From positions 3,472,001-3,536,000 of the forward strand of contig JBHGNT010000021.1 in assembly GCA_043228905.1 (NCBI GenBank): a DNA stretch of 64,000 nucleotides. The letters are read 5' to 3'. The DNA is from Azolla caroliniana (lineage: Eukaryota; Plantae; Polypodiophyta). The position numbers were made by a program, and so were the translations under genes. Shown here in pieces: positions 12,901-30,525 of the stretch (position 1 is its first letter; the number at the start of each line of letters is the position of its first letter). The notes beneath the pieces were generated by a model. The model did no database searches. It was not told where the DNA came from and saw only the letters and a program-made list of their open reading frames with translations.

Positions 12901-14526
12901 GCACGCATTAGAGAGTGATCCAAAGGGTCCACACGTTAGAGAATGAGCAGCCTGACAAATTACCGCATTAGAAAATGAATGATCCAAAGGATCCATGCAT
13001 CAGTGTCTGATCAGAATAGTCCCTCTCTAATGCATTGATCTTGCAGAACTTTCATTCTCTGATACATTCATCCTTTGGAACATTCATTCTTCGAGTTAGA
13101 AACCACAGCTTTTGAATAAATGATATGCTTACCTAAACAAGGAGACTTGTACCAAGTTTGATGGCCACCACATAGTGGCTGGCTCGACAAGATGTGTACG
13201 GAATACGCCCGCCCACCCGAATCCTAGAACCTTTCCAGTTCAACACTCTAACAACTTCAGGCCAAAAAACCTTCTACCAATTACCACAATACACAATACA
13301 AAAGGGAAAATTAACAAAATACCACCCTAAACCCCAATTTCAAATATTTTAAAACATCCCTATGTGCAATTTCCTTGTATCTCCCTGCAAATTCTCTTTC
13401 CAAATGGGTATATTCAGGATCTCCTGAAGAATTGAAGGTATTTTGATCAATTCCCCCACAAACATCTCTATGCTCTATGCCCCTGCAACCTTTCTTTCTT
13501 GTGGGGGATTTCAGGAAGAATGAGATGCATTTTGGTAAGAAATAAAAGTGATCTGATACTCAAAATCTTTCAATTCAAAAGAGAAACAAAGAAAAAGCAA
13601 AAGCAAAAGTGAGTTAGTTATGTAACCTGTGTAGTAGCAACAATAATAAAGGCGACTGCAAAATTGAGGGTTTTCTTGTAAAAAATCTTCACAACAGTAA
13701 CGATATGAATAGCATAGACACTACCAGCACCCGCATTAGCAAAGATAGTGATAAGAACATGTTCTTTCATATTGAATGGGCCTGGATTAAGAGAAAATCG
13801 CCAATTTGTTCCTGGAAAGCGCATCTTCCGTGTTGGCAATGTGGCGGCCATGAAGCGTCCCAGAGGTAGAACAGCAATTTGGGCAGACACTGCCGTTATA
13901 CTCAGTGGCTCAGTGCGAAACCAAAAAAATTGGTTCAAAACGGAAAGCACAACACATGAAAGAAGACCTAATGTCCACATTCGGAATGTAACAACCGGAA
14001 TCGAAGGGTCGTCTGTGATAGGAACTGTTAATGCTACTTCTTCGATAGGCGATTGATCCTTCTCATACGGAAGCTCTAGTTCAAATTCTTCCTGTTCTTC
14101 CTCATAGTTTTGTTTTCCTTGCTTCTCCTGCCCCTCTTGTTCTTCTTCTCTTTCGACTTCCCAACTCTGTTTTGCCAAAAAGGGAATATTTTCTGGCGAG
14201 CGATAAGATCTGCCCATATTTTGTGTTTCCTGATGAGTAAAGGATCTATCCGTCTTCAGAACTGCCATGGAAGAAAACTTACTTGGATCATTTAACAAGG
14301 AGAAAGAGAAAAGGCATAACTTTTGACCTCCAAAACCAGATCTAATTCCCAACCATATGACCACATCATAGTATTAATGTTTCAGAAAAACAACCCAGAT
14401 ACATATACATACATAAATATATGCAATAATTCAGAAAACAAAACACATATATATAAATGTATGTATGTATATAGAGGGAGAGAGAGACAGAGAGAACTTA
14501 CGTGGGACAGACCTTCCATCCGCCAT
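9956..14526 (-). CDS. OPT: Oligopeptide transporter (OPT family), 794 aa, 7 exons
   Basis: Exons 14526-14502, 14261-13627, 13230-13133, 12513-11944, 11633-11378, 11174-10992 and 10573-9956, all GT-AG and in phase. Signature motifs [20 protein letters not shown] and [11 protein letters not shown]. The N-terminus [11 protein letters not shown] comes from a 25-nt first exon. Confidence 0.95.
12600..13092. repeat. Intronic ~30-bp minisatellite ending in an inverted copy (OPT intron 3)
   Basis: Direct units of GCATTAGAGAATGAATG..CCAAAGGATCCAT, then reverse-complement units at about 13024-13090. Confidence 0.75.
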
Positions 14527-14585
14527 GGCTAAATCTCTGCGTTTAGATTCTTCTTCCTCTCTTCCTTCTCTTTCTTTTCTGTGGC

Positions 14586-14622
<37 letters not shown>

Positions 14623-14736
14623 CCCTGTTTTTCTCCTGTTTTCAAGAGATAAAATCCAGTAGCTATATTATTTGCTCAGAGAAGTTTAGGAAAATCCCAA
14701 AATTAGCCCTCTTCTTTTTCTTAATCCTGAAATTGA

Positions 14737-14784
<48 letters not shown>

Positions 14785-14899
14785 GTAAAAAGCACACAAT
14801 TATATTCATTGTAATTTGTATGTAAAACCCACTCTTACAACTTCTTAATCTTCTTTATCTCTACCATCTATTGTTGACAGTGGGACATCTCGCCAAATG

Positions 14900-16450
14900 C
14901 CATTAGAAAACCTAAATATTATGCAACTGAGCAAATGATCCTCAAAGGCCTCTCACGTCCCAAAATTCCACATGAGAATGCCTAACGTTCAACTTCTTCA
15001 CATAGGCTTTACCTACCCATGTCTACAGTCGAACATGAAAGCATTACGCATCTTCCGATTCTGTTGCAGTCCCCAGGTATCGTAAAAATTGGAATAAGAT
15101 CTCCCTCCAACTTGTCATTCTAACCAGTTTGAACATATTGAACAAAAACCCATTGTTGAGGCCACGAATAACAACGAGATAAAACATGTCAAATCTCCTA
15201 TCAGTACTTCCAAACGGTAATATGTGTTATATGGCATCTAATGAACCTATGTGTATTGTCCTCCAATGGAATGGTGCAAAAGAAGCACGTACTTGACCCT
15301 AGTCATCTTCTCCTAAAGGTTGAACCTTATGGGAGCCCAACAATCACAACTCTCCATATGAATTACCTTTGCACGAAATGGCAAATGGGAACGCCAACCA
15401 TTTTGCAATGTTTTCCACCACCTTGCATTCGACTTACATATATATCACGCCCTTTTGTTTTAGGTGATAGTCAATAAAACGATGACATTGCATCATGATA
15501 CAATATATTTGTAGTGACCTTTAATAAGCGCGTACCATCCTTTGATCGCCAATCCACCCAAGGCACACCATTTGTTTTCATTGGCAAAGATACATGATGC
15601 AACAATGGTATAAATCTTGTGATTTCTCCCAACTAAATCCATAATTGGGGAGATAAACATAACCATCATTTAGCATCTTCAAATTTTGACAATCATTGAG
15701 ATTCATTATCAATTATAGCAATGGGCCCGATTTTGGCTCAAACCTAACTGAATCATTAAGCCATTGTTTAACGGTTTATCAGTTCCAATATAATTAAATG
15801 GTTTGGTTCAATTATTATTGAACATTTTGGTTCTAATACTCGAGTTTATCGATTGATAGGTTTTAAGTGGTTCAATTTAATGGTTGACACATATCTCGTA
15901 AATTGATCTTGTTGACACATATCTTTTAATAATGCAAATCTATGGGCCATCAAATGCATTTCTAAATTAAATATTAGTAACAACTCCTCCTAACCATTTG
16001 GGAGTATTGAAATGATCCCATGAAATCCACGTAACTCCAACGTTTTCTCTCTTCCGATACAACATAAACCGAAGACGTTGCAACAATGTTTGCAATGACT
16101 TCTTAGTCCAAGGGAGTTATGGTAAAAAGTATAATAACACGGGTATCATGCATGATACATTGCACTACTTTGATCCGTACATGTAATGACCATAATTGAG
16201 ACATCCAATACGTCAAATTCGCCTTCAATTTACCACAAATCAAGAAATCCAATTGCACATTTGTAACATCAACACTAAATGGATATACCCCAAATTCCAA
16301 CAAGTTGATCCTCGTGTAATCACTAACCCTTGTCATCCCAAACATTCCAAATCACTCTTCATATACGAAATAAGGCGAGACTTCCTCCAATTTATATGTA
16401 ACCCTAGATCCAAGGCAAGTTGATCCCAAACTTACATACTCCTTTCTATA
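14900..16450 (-). mobile_element. Degenerate LINE ORF2 remnant (post-RT region)
   Basis: Minus-strand pieces KLKANLTYWMSQLWSLHVRIKVVQCI and VTWISWDHFNTPKWLGG match the L1-type W..LS..R and SW...PK..GG motifs. Many stops, boundaries approximate. Confidence 0.55.
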
Positions 16451-17479
16451 TTTCTTTTTCAGGCCTGAAGAAACATAAAATAATCATCAATTGGGGGTTG
16501 TGCCACTAGTTGTCCCCCAAAAAGAAGCTACAAAGCCAAAACGTTACCACTACATGCAAATTTGAACAACCTTGTGGCACCATCTACTAGCCCCCTAAGT
16601 TGCCTACAAATGTGAAAGTGAGTTTCCAAAACAATTAATTAAAAAGGCACAAGAAACCATCTAATGACACACACATAATTAAAGCTTTTCAAGGGAAAGT
16701 ATGTGTGCTCTATTATTGATGACCCTAAAATTGAAAGGATAATGGAAAACCTATAGTAATGGAGGGCCAAAATTAGCAAATTGTTGTGTAGGAATATATA
16801 GACGAAATCATGGATGTATTGCATCTAAATAGCGAATCCATATTTCACATTTTTAGAAATATCTCAACGATAAGAGTGGACAACTAGCACGACGTCTCCA
16901 ATGTCTAAAGCATATATAATATTCGAAGACGTTTGCACAACTAGCACGGTATAATGTTGGCATTGTGTATTGAGAGGCCAAATTTGCATGTTAAGAAAGA
17001 AGACAATATAGAGAAGGATCTTACATCAATGTTTGCAATTGATTATGCTAGTTGGAGCAATATTGACATAGAGTAATACTTGTAAGTTGTTGCATGGTTA
17101 CTTTTTAATAGATAACAATTACATTATTCGCCTTACATTGGTAATTTACAGGGTCATTGGTGATGAGAAATTGACACATGATTTACAAAGTGGCATGTCA
17201 AGGCACCTCAAAACAATATATTCCTTGTATTGCCTTCATAGAGATTCTAGAACATGCAATACCTTTTGGAAAAATAGGATTTAGATAGCTTTCTAAAATT
17301 ATAGCCCTATGAAAGTGATACCATCATGAGTGCCTTATTGAATGACAAACCTCTGGTATCCAAATTCCCAAAACATGTAGGTTTTAAAGTAACTTCTTAC
17401 AACAATAGTTTGTGTTTTTTTAGAGATCGTGTAGATCTCATTAGCTTTTTAATTTAGGAATATAATTAAATTATCAACA

Positions 17480-18226
17480 TTAGTTGTAGGTTCCGGGCAT
17501 GTGAGAAGGACCTGGGACATCGTTGAGAGGATGGGTGGTACAAGGAGGGGTTGAGCCAACAATATTAATGTTAGGTGGTGGTGTTGACACATTTTTATAC
17601 TTTTCAACATCGATGTTATCCTTCCGTGAAGGTGGTGGAAAGCCATGTCGCTCACACCACTTACACTTGGGCATACTTATATGAGAAAGCTCTTGGTTGC
17701 AATGTCCATGATGATGGCGAGTTGCTCCAATGTTTAAAATACCATGTTGTGGAAATTGCTTTGTTGATATATCATCATATGATATGATTGAAGCACTTGG
17801 AGGTACAAACGATGATGGACTTGGATGTCGACTTTCACACTTCCACATATGAGAATGCTTGTGAACATGGTCCTTATGGTGATGGTGGGGTTGATGATGA
17901 TGAGGATGAGGAGGATGAGGATGAACCTTCTTGAACGATCTCTTTAAAGTATCATATTCCATGGACTCATTAAGTTTTTTAGGGCTCTTTGTAATTATTA
18001 TATCATTCATAGTGATAATATTACTAGAACTTGCAAGATGCGATAAGTGGGGATGACAATGAGGACGATGAAGAAAAGGTACACTGTTTAAATAAATATG
18101 TTTCAAAGGCTTATGATGCCCAAGGGAGTGATGATGATGATGCCTTTTCATCAATGTTTTCATGTTCTTCTTCTTCTTGTTCATATGCATCATAATAGTA
18201 TGTTTGTGGTAATGTCCTCCACCCAT
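17480..18226 (-). CDS. Candidate histidine-rich orphan protein (248 aa from first ATG; frame open to about 18480)
   Basis: About 1 kb stop-free frame in AT-rich DNA. ATG in AAATCATGG context. TATAAAAAG at 18349-18341. About 41 His in 248 aa. No family recognised. Confidence 0.5.
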   Translation of the reverse strand: MGGGHYHKHTIMMHMNKKKKNMKTLMKRHHHHHSLGHHKPLKHIYLNSVPFLHRPHCHPHLSHLASSSNIITMNDIIITKSPKKLNESMEYDTLKRSFKKVHPHPPHPHHHQPHHHHKDHVHKHSHMWKCESRHPSPSSFVPPSASIISYDDISTKQFPQHGILNIGATRHHHGHCNQELSHISMPKCKWCERHGFPPPSRKDNIDVEKYKNVSTPPPNINIVGSTPPCTTHPLNDVPGPSHMPGTYN

Positions 18227-19119
18227 GATTTCAATGAAGAAAAAGGCCAACTTGATGAAGGCGCAGAAGTATTTAGTTAGTCCTTTAACTATTATAAAAG
18301 TTTGTGAGTTGTTCTCTATGTAGTGTAGAAGTATAAGTGTCTTTTTATATCCGTTTTTTCCCTTTCCCTTTGCCTTGCAGTCCACTCCATTCCATTCTTT
18401 GCCTTGCGTTGCACTTTCACATCCTTTAGAGTCACGATATCTTTTTCTTTTTTCCTTCAGCTTTTTCACCCAGCGATGCTGTTATTTATTTGGCTCGTTG
18501 ACTTGTGATGAGTGCTAGTGTAATGAAAGTGATGCCAATAAATAAGTTTTGAAAACCAAGAAACCAAAAGTCATTCAAACAAGGGGTGATACAATTGTTT
18601 TAAACTTCTATTTTGAAGTTCACACATACACATACATGTGTACCCAAATGTGGAACCATGGGTATTCATCCCAAAGTGGTGAACAACATGTGCTACATAA
18701 GATGTAATGTTACAATACAACAAAACAAGCGAAGAGATGAAATGAAAATGGTGTGCAACATGCACATTTTTACATCAATGTGGTTTTTAAGTGTTGATGC
18801 TAAATGTTGGCATTAAGTTTATGATACATGTCTTTGAATGGTACAAAATTGTCATTATCTTTGAATGATGAATTTGAGGTTAAGATTTCAAAGATATTAC
18901 TTAAGGCCGGAGTCACAACGAATGGGTGAGGCTTATGATGACGATGTTACGTCATCTCATCAATCGAAAGAACAACGGATATCATATTTCATGAAGTGAA
19001 ACAAATATAGAGATGTTGTGAAGTCACTATACTAGAACTCATGTTATAAGGGTACCATCCATGATATTATTAGTGGGAGATCTCAAACCCAAGCTAAAAA
19101 ATGCACGAGGTTACTAGTG

Positions 19120-19568
19120 GGAAACACAAACACAAACATGCATGGATACAAAGACACGCATGCATATACACACTCACAAACAGATGCACATGCATACAAC
19201 ACATGCATGGATACAAACACACTCATGCATAGATGCACTCCTAAACATATGCAGATGCATACAAACACATGCATGGATACAAACACACTCATGCATAGAT
19301 GCACTCCTAAACATATGTAGATGCATACAAACACACTCATGCATAGATGCACTCACAAACATATGCACACACATAGAGACATACACATGCATCGATACAA
19401 ACACACTCATACATAGATGCACTCATAAGCATGTGCACGTGCATACAAACACATGCACACACATAGAGACATACACATGCATACAAACACAGTCATGCAT
19501 AGATGCACTCACAAACATATACACATGCATATGCAAATACATTCATTCACGAGCGCACACACACACGT

Positions 19569-19610
<42 letters not shown>
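19120..19610. repeat. CA-rich minisatellite (about 66-bp unit) grading into (CA)n
   Basis: ACACATGCATGGATACAAACACACTCATGCATAGATGCACTC is repeated. Pure (CA)n at about 19570-19608 and 19777-19801. Confidence 0.9.
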
Positions 19611-19922
19611 GCAGACATAAGTGGCATGATCGCACAGATACACGAGTTTTTTGGTATTTATGTAGTAACTCGATACAAAGGATTGAAGGCAGAGAAGGAG
19701 ATGAGGTGAAGCTTGAAGACCACATAAAAATGAAAAAGAGAAGACAAGACAAGTGGCAAGCAATGAGAACCTCATCCACACACACACACACACACACACA
19801 CAAAGAGTTGGTGGTTATGAAAATAAATAAACAGAACATTGAGAAACACTCTCTGAAAAGCCAAGGAGTGGGAAAAACAGAGTATACTCTGGTTATCTCT
19901 ACATCCCAAAGCCTCTCTGGCT

Positions 19923-24391
<4,469 letters not shown>

Positions 24392-25882
24392 ATGTCGCTC
24401 TTTAATTGGGGCTTCATTTTCATTTGTTCCTTGAACACTAAGAGTTGTTACCAAAGGAATTCTTTGGTCGTAACGGCTCTAATGAGACATTAAGGTTGTA
24501 TATTAGCCTTCTAAAATTCATTTGCTCCATCTTTGTATATCATATAACTTGATATAAAGGCTTTTTATTTCGAATAATTTAGAATTTGTATAAAGGAAGG
24601 CTTTCGTGTTAGACATTGCACAAAATAAATGCAATTAACTCTAAGATGTGTTATGAATACATACATTTATAAATTCATAGGAAGCTGTTCAAACTTGAAT
24701 TGTGTTGAGCCAAAATTTAACGCTATGATGTTCACACAACGTATGATGTGTTGGCAAGTCGTAAAGGGCGAAGAAATTGATTGGACATACATTTTGACTG
24801 GATGTATTCTCAAAACATGTTGATCATGCAAAACTTTTGTCCGTCTTGAAAGATCTCGGGATAAAACGTTTGTCCTAATTTTTTTCCAACTAATTTATCT
24901 TTACCGCAAATTGGTTTGTACACCGAGTTTAGGGTTTAGGGTTTAGGTGATCTAGCCTTGATGAATGCATTAGTATGTGGTGCATTGGGGACTCTCATTT
25001 TAGTTCCTGTCATGTGTTGAAACCTCACCAATGATTGCTTCAAACATTCTTTTGGTCCCAACGTTTTATTCTCATGTGCTCTCGTTACTTGAAATCATTC
25101 AGCTTGTGGGTTCAATAATATATTCATTATTATATGTTTATGACAAGAAATTGGCTAGAGGAGTTGCTAAACACTTTGTAGCTCAGAGGAATAGCTCTAG
25201 AGCCTAGACCATCATGAAAGAAATCATTGATCACACTAATACATGTTCCCTATTCACCACTCACCAATATGTACAGAAAACAATCATCCTGATTCCCATC
25301 CTCAAACCCCACCAAACTAGTATATTTTTCACATCTCTAATATTATGAATCATGATAAGTCTTTGTTAGCTTTTCAACTTAGATTCTTCGCTTGTGATCT
25401 CATCTAGCTTCGACATTTTATGCTACCAACAAAATTGTCAAAACAGACTAGTCCTTGTCACAAACATAGTAAAAAGTTCTTGTCACAAACAAAGATTGTC
25501 TAAATTAAGGTAGATTACAATGTAGAGAGAACCTATTCATCACAAACATAATAGTACAATTATTAGGATTGAAAGCACAATTTCATTTTAATTTATTTTA
25601 GTACAAACCATAATGAATCCAATAATAGTGTGTGCATCAATGAAAAGTGAAAGATTTTGTGAGTAGGATTGTGTTAAAACCATCAACAGCCTAATATAAG
25701 AATATATTCGGCTCGGAGTAGAGTTCCAACTTTTTGTGCTACCAAGGCAATAGAAGACCACTAGTAAACCGATGATTTTGATTTGATGGAGGTAAGAAAA
25801 GAGTGGGCTCAAGGCTCTTTGTACAAGAATTTGGCTTTATATACAATGAGCCATCGTCAAATGAGCATTGTAGCAACTTTAT

Positions 25883-28800
25883 TTATCGTTTGTAGCTAAC
25901 TTTGTATCTCTCTATCAAGTATTGTCCACTTGTTATTGGAGGAAACCTACAAGATCACCAAAATAATATGATATCGCCGAAATATACACTACTCTATGCA
26001 AGATTAGCACATGCATATGTAGTGCATGCCTTATGTATAACATCGAGGGAAACTACATGTGATATTGTCGTGTATGTGTAATGTGGAGAAAACTACACAT
26101 GGTAATCCATTGTGTGACACATGCATACATAAGAGAGACTAATTAAATGTGTGATGACTATTGGAAACACCCATGTGAAAACAAAGGAAAAGGGAGATAC
26201 TTCTTATGGTTCATCAAATACCTGGGAGGGTTCCACTTTGAACAACAAGTAGGGACACACTCCACCAAGCAATCAAAATTGGGATCAAAGAAGAATGCAA
26301 TCTGCATTAAACATCCAAAACCTCGGATTAAATTGGTAGGTGGAGAGAAATATGCAATCGCAATATGGGCATCAAGTATAGTCGTCATTAATTACCGAGT
26401 ATCTCTCTTGCCCAGTCAAGATTACTCGATGCAATGTCGATCTGCAGGTGGACATTAAAGTAAGCTAATGGTCTTCAAATTAAGGAGAAGTAACTGAAAA
26501 ATTCAAACATAATGTGGGAATTCTTATATTCTTGTTAAATTTCATGGCTATATTTATGTGGCAAGCAAGTTGGCCTCACAAAGCATTTGTAAAAGTATAT
26601 TTTGCATGACTAGAAGATGATGGGCACGATTTGTCCATGTGAGCTTGTTGGTTTGTCTTGTTTCATGAAATTTGTATGAGAAAAACACGTGAAGTGTGTT
26701 TCATTGCGCAAAAGATAGTTGAGGATGAGCTTTTGAGTTAAATTCCTATCCTTCCTTTCGATCTCCCCCCAAATTACAATATCAATTGTAGGTTAATTAT
26801 GAGTGAATTTGTTATATTTATCAATAATTACAATATCAACTGATTAAATATTATGAGTGTGATTAACAATATATGTAGTGCGCTAATTGTAGTTGTGATT
26901 AAAGTAATTAATCCATTGATGGGGGGAGGGGTGCATGGATGGTCATGCATGGGTCACATACATGTAAGGTCCAAACCCCATTATTTCAAAAGCTCGTCAT
27001 CCTATTTCAAAGAAAGCTCAATGTATAGGGTGAGAACCTCCCAAAAGAAAAATTCAAAATTTTCATGGGTCCAACAATTAGATGCAAGGGTGGAAGCTTC
27101 ATTTATGATGTGAAGATCTTGTAGTCACCTTGAACTTGTGTTCTGTGTGCGGTATTTCATCCTCTTCGGTACATTGTTTATAACATTGTGAAGAGAATGA
27201 GGTACCATACACAACACAATTCAAGGTGACTACAAGATCATCTTTTCTCTCTCACTTTTTAAGTACATTGTATGGTAGAGAGAGACATTGATATTTTCAT
27301 GTTCTCGAGAGGCAAGAAACACGACTCATGGGGTTATGCACGTATGTTTCGTAAGGTCACATCTATACTAAGTAGAGACCATATATATGTGCCAAAAAGA
27401 GGTTGGTGCATAAACTTAGTTCAGTAAACAATTAACGGTAAGAAGCATTGTATAGATAAGACAAAGAGATAGGGAGAGAGCACCTAAATATTCCATTGCT
27501 CCAACGTTCAAGCATATCACCCAAGTTTACAATGAAAGCTCTGTTGCAAGGGAAAAATTGATGCCATTTGTCAGCAAGATATTGTGAGATATATGAAATC
27601 ATTATGGCAAGGCATATTTAATTTTGTGGAGCTTAACTATGCGCTTGAGTTTGACGCCTTACCAAGCATGCGAATATATGTAGGAGCTAGGGTCATTTTA
27701 CTTTTAAAACTTATAAGTGAGCATGTTTTTTGAAATATAGAACAATTGAATTCTCCTAGCACAAGGCCCCCACCCCTCGCCCCCGTTCCAAAAGAAGAAA
27801 AACAAATAAAACAAAAGTCTACTATTGTTGGATGTGGTAACTAATTATTCATGTTGCTATCTTGACATGTTGTACAAAGTCATTGCATAATCCGTTGCTA
27901 CTAGTAGTATAAACTGATGCTAAAATGCTAAGAATTGTGTGTTTGTTGCGACTCACCCCTTGATAGGTTGTACATTTTCCCACACTTGCGGAGATGCATC
28001 TTTCTCCCTGCAAATCTAAACACCATAATATTCATTAGATTTTATTCTATGACCAATTACTCAATGAACTGATGCCAGATTTTATTTAGAACGTTTCGAG
28101 TTGGGGTGGGGAAGAGCCCCCTGAATAGTGGTCATGGGTAGCTCCCATGCGATATCAAAGTGATCGGGCAATGGACATGGGTGGAGCATGGCAACTAGCT
28201 CTAGCTAGGCACGATTTTCGAGGGCCACAAAATTTTCCATTGACACTTTGCCTAGGTATAAATGTTGTTCGAGAATGCAGTGCCATAGTTTAGGTAGATG
28301 CAAAAGTGCATGATACCACAAGCCTAGGGCTATGTACTAATACAACAAGCCTAGGGCTAGGTACTAAAACCTCTAACCTAATTATATGTAAGAGATCATA
28401 CATAAGATCGTCGAGCTTACGAGAAGCGATCCGGACACACATGATATGAAATACGGTGAATCATAGAGATACCTGTAAGCCAGGGACACTGTCCGTGGCC
28501 AACATTGTGATCATGCCGTAATCGGAATGAGCCCCGGCTCCATATATCCCGTGCTCGGGCCTCGAGACCTCGCCTTGTAAAGTGGACAACAACAATAACA
28601 AAAAAAACAAGAAGAAAGTTTGAGGGGTATTTTGAGGATTTCCAAAAAATCAGGGAGGGGTATGGCTTGTAAATATTTCCATTTCTTGTTTGATTGTGAA
28701 GAAGAAGAAGAAGATGATGATGATGATGGGAGTTGAAGAAAACCTGAGTAATGGAGTAGCCTGATGTAGGCCATGGGTGAATCCATCATTCCTGGCCTCT

Positions 28801-30479
28801 CGAAATAATCTATGTCCAGATCCAATGCTAATGCCAGCAATCTCGTGATCGCCCGCCCAGCCTTTCTGCTTGCAATCCAACCGAAATTTCTTATTAAAAT
28901 CCTTGTATTCAACTAGAATCGAATGTAATCCAATCCAATCGAGAATGTTAGTTTTAACGATCCTTCCCCGGTTCTCCTGATTGATTCATTTCGGTCAATG
29001 ATTCATCGCGGAGGTTAATGATTTCATCACTCGATGATTTCATCACGGTTCTTAATGATTATTATTATTATTATTCATGGTTTAGGGTCGTTTATGATCG
29101 CTTCAAACCGATCGATTAATGTTCATCCAGTCCTTGATAATGAATAACAATTTATGATTATACATTAATCTGTCTATTTATCTATCTATATATATACACA
29201 CACAGAGAGAGGATGGATTTCTCACAGCATTTGCTCGTAATATTTTTCCATGGTTTCCCTCCATAATGGCAACAGATCTGTGCGGATAATTTTTTTTTTG
29301 TTAATACACAAACCAACTTAATTTAATACAATATTGTTCTGCTCCTATACCTATCCCTTCATTTCTAATCGACTCGACATTTCTGTTTTTTTGAATGAGT
29401 AAATTAATCCACTTGAGCTGTATGGTGCTTATTTTATGAGCGAAATTGGTTTAATCAACTGCTAAATTATCAATTAACTAACTGTTTAATCAGCTAGTTA
29501 TTTTTATTTATTTATTTATTTAATGAATCGGTTTTTTGTGTTGATCCTACCTGTGGGTGGCCATTGATTTGGTCCATGGAAAGCTTTCATTTCTTCTTCT
29601 TCTTCTTCTTCTTCTTCTCCCTGCTTTTTCTTCATTTCTGGCCCAATGTAGAATCCCTCTTTACAGTCACCTGGTTAGCATAATCCTAATATATATAAGT
29701 TACTACTTCTAATCAGTCAATTAACCATCCACAATTAGGCTAATCAATCCATTAAGTTAGGTCAATTAGCCTAAATAATCAATCTGCGAATTGCAGGCTT
29801 TGTCTAAATGTTGCATATGCACATGAGAAGGCGTGACGATAATCAAACAACAGGTATCAAGCTAATGACAGAAAATTAATTTGATACTAATGATTAATGA
29901 CAATTCGCATGACAATCAACTATAAAATTCAAAAGATTATATTAACAAGCTAATGACAGAAAACCAATTTGATACTAATGATGAATGACAACTCACAGGG
30001 AAATCAACTATAGAAATCAAAAGATTATATTAACAAGCTAATGACAGAAAATTAATCTGATATTAATGATGAATGACAAGTCACAGGAGAACCAACTATA
30101 GAAATCAAAAGATTATATTAACAAGCTAATGACAGAAAATTAATCTGATACTAATGATGAATGACAACTCACAGGTAAATCAGTTACAATAGAAATCAAA
30201 AGACTATATTAACAAGCTAATGACAGAAAACTAATTTGATACTAATGATCAATGATAACTCACAGGGAAATCAGTTACTATAGAAATCAAAAGATTTATA
30301 TTTCATGAAGGTAAAATGATTTGCCAACAAATTAAATATCGATAACATAATTGGGAATTGATAAGAATGCTAAGAACATAGATTGCAGGCAGTAACTTAA
30401 GGAATCATCAAAGAAAAAAGCCAGAGTACTAGAGATCATCATCATCACCACCATCATAATCACTGTCAACATCATCACG

Positions 30480-30525
<46 letters not shown>

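Noticed and set aside
24928-24947. Telomere-like (TTTAGGG)x3
   Set aside because: Too short to indicate an interstitial telomere; such telo-box-sized tracts are common.
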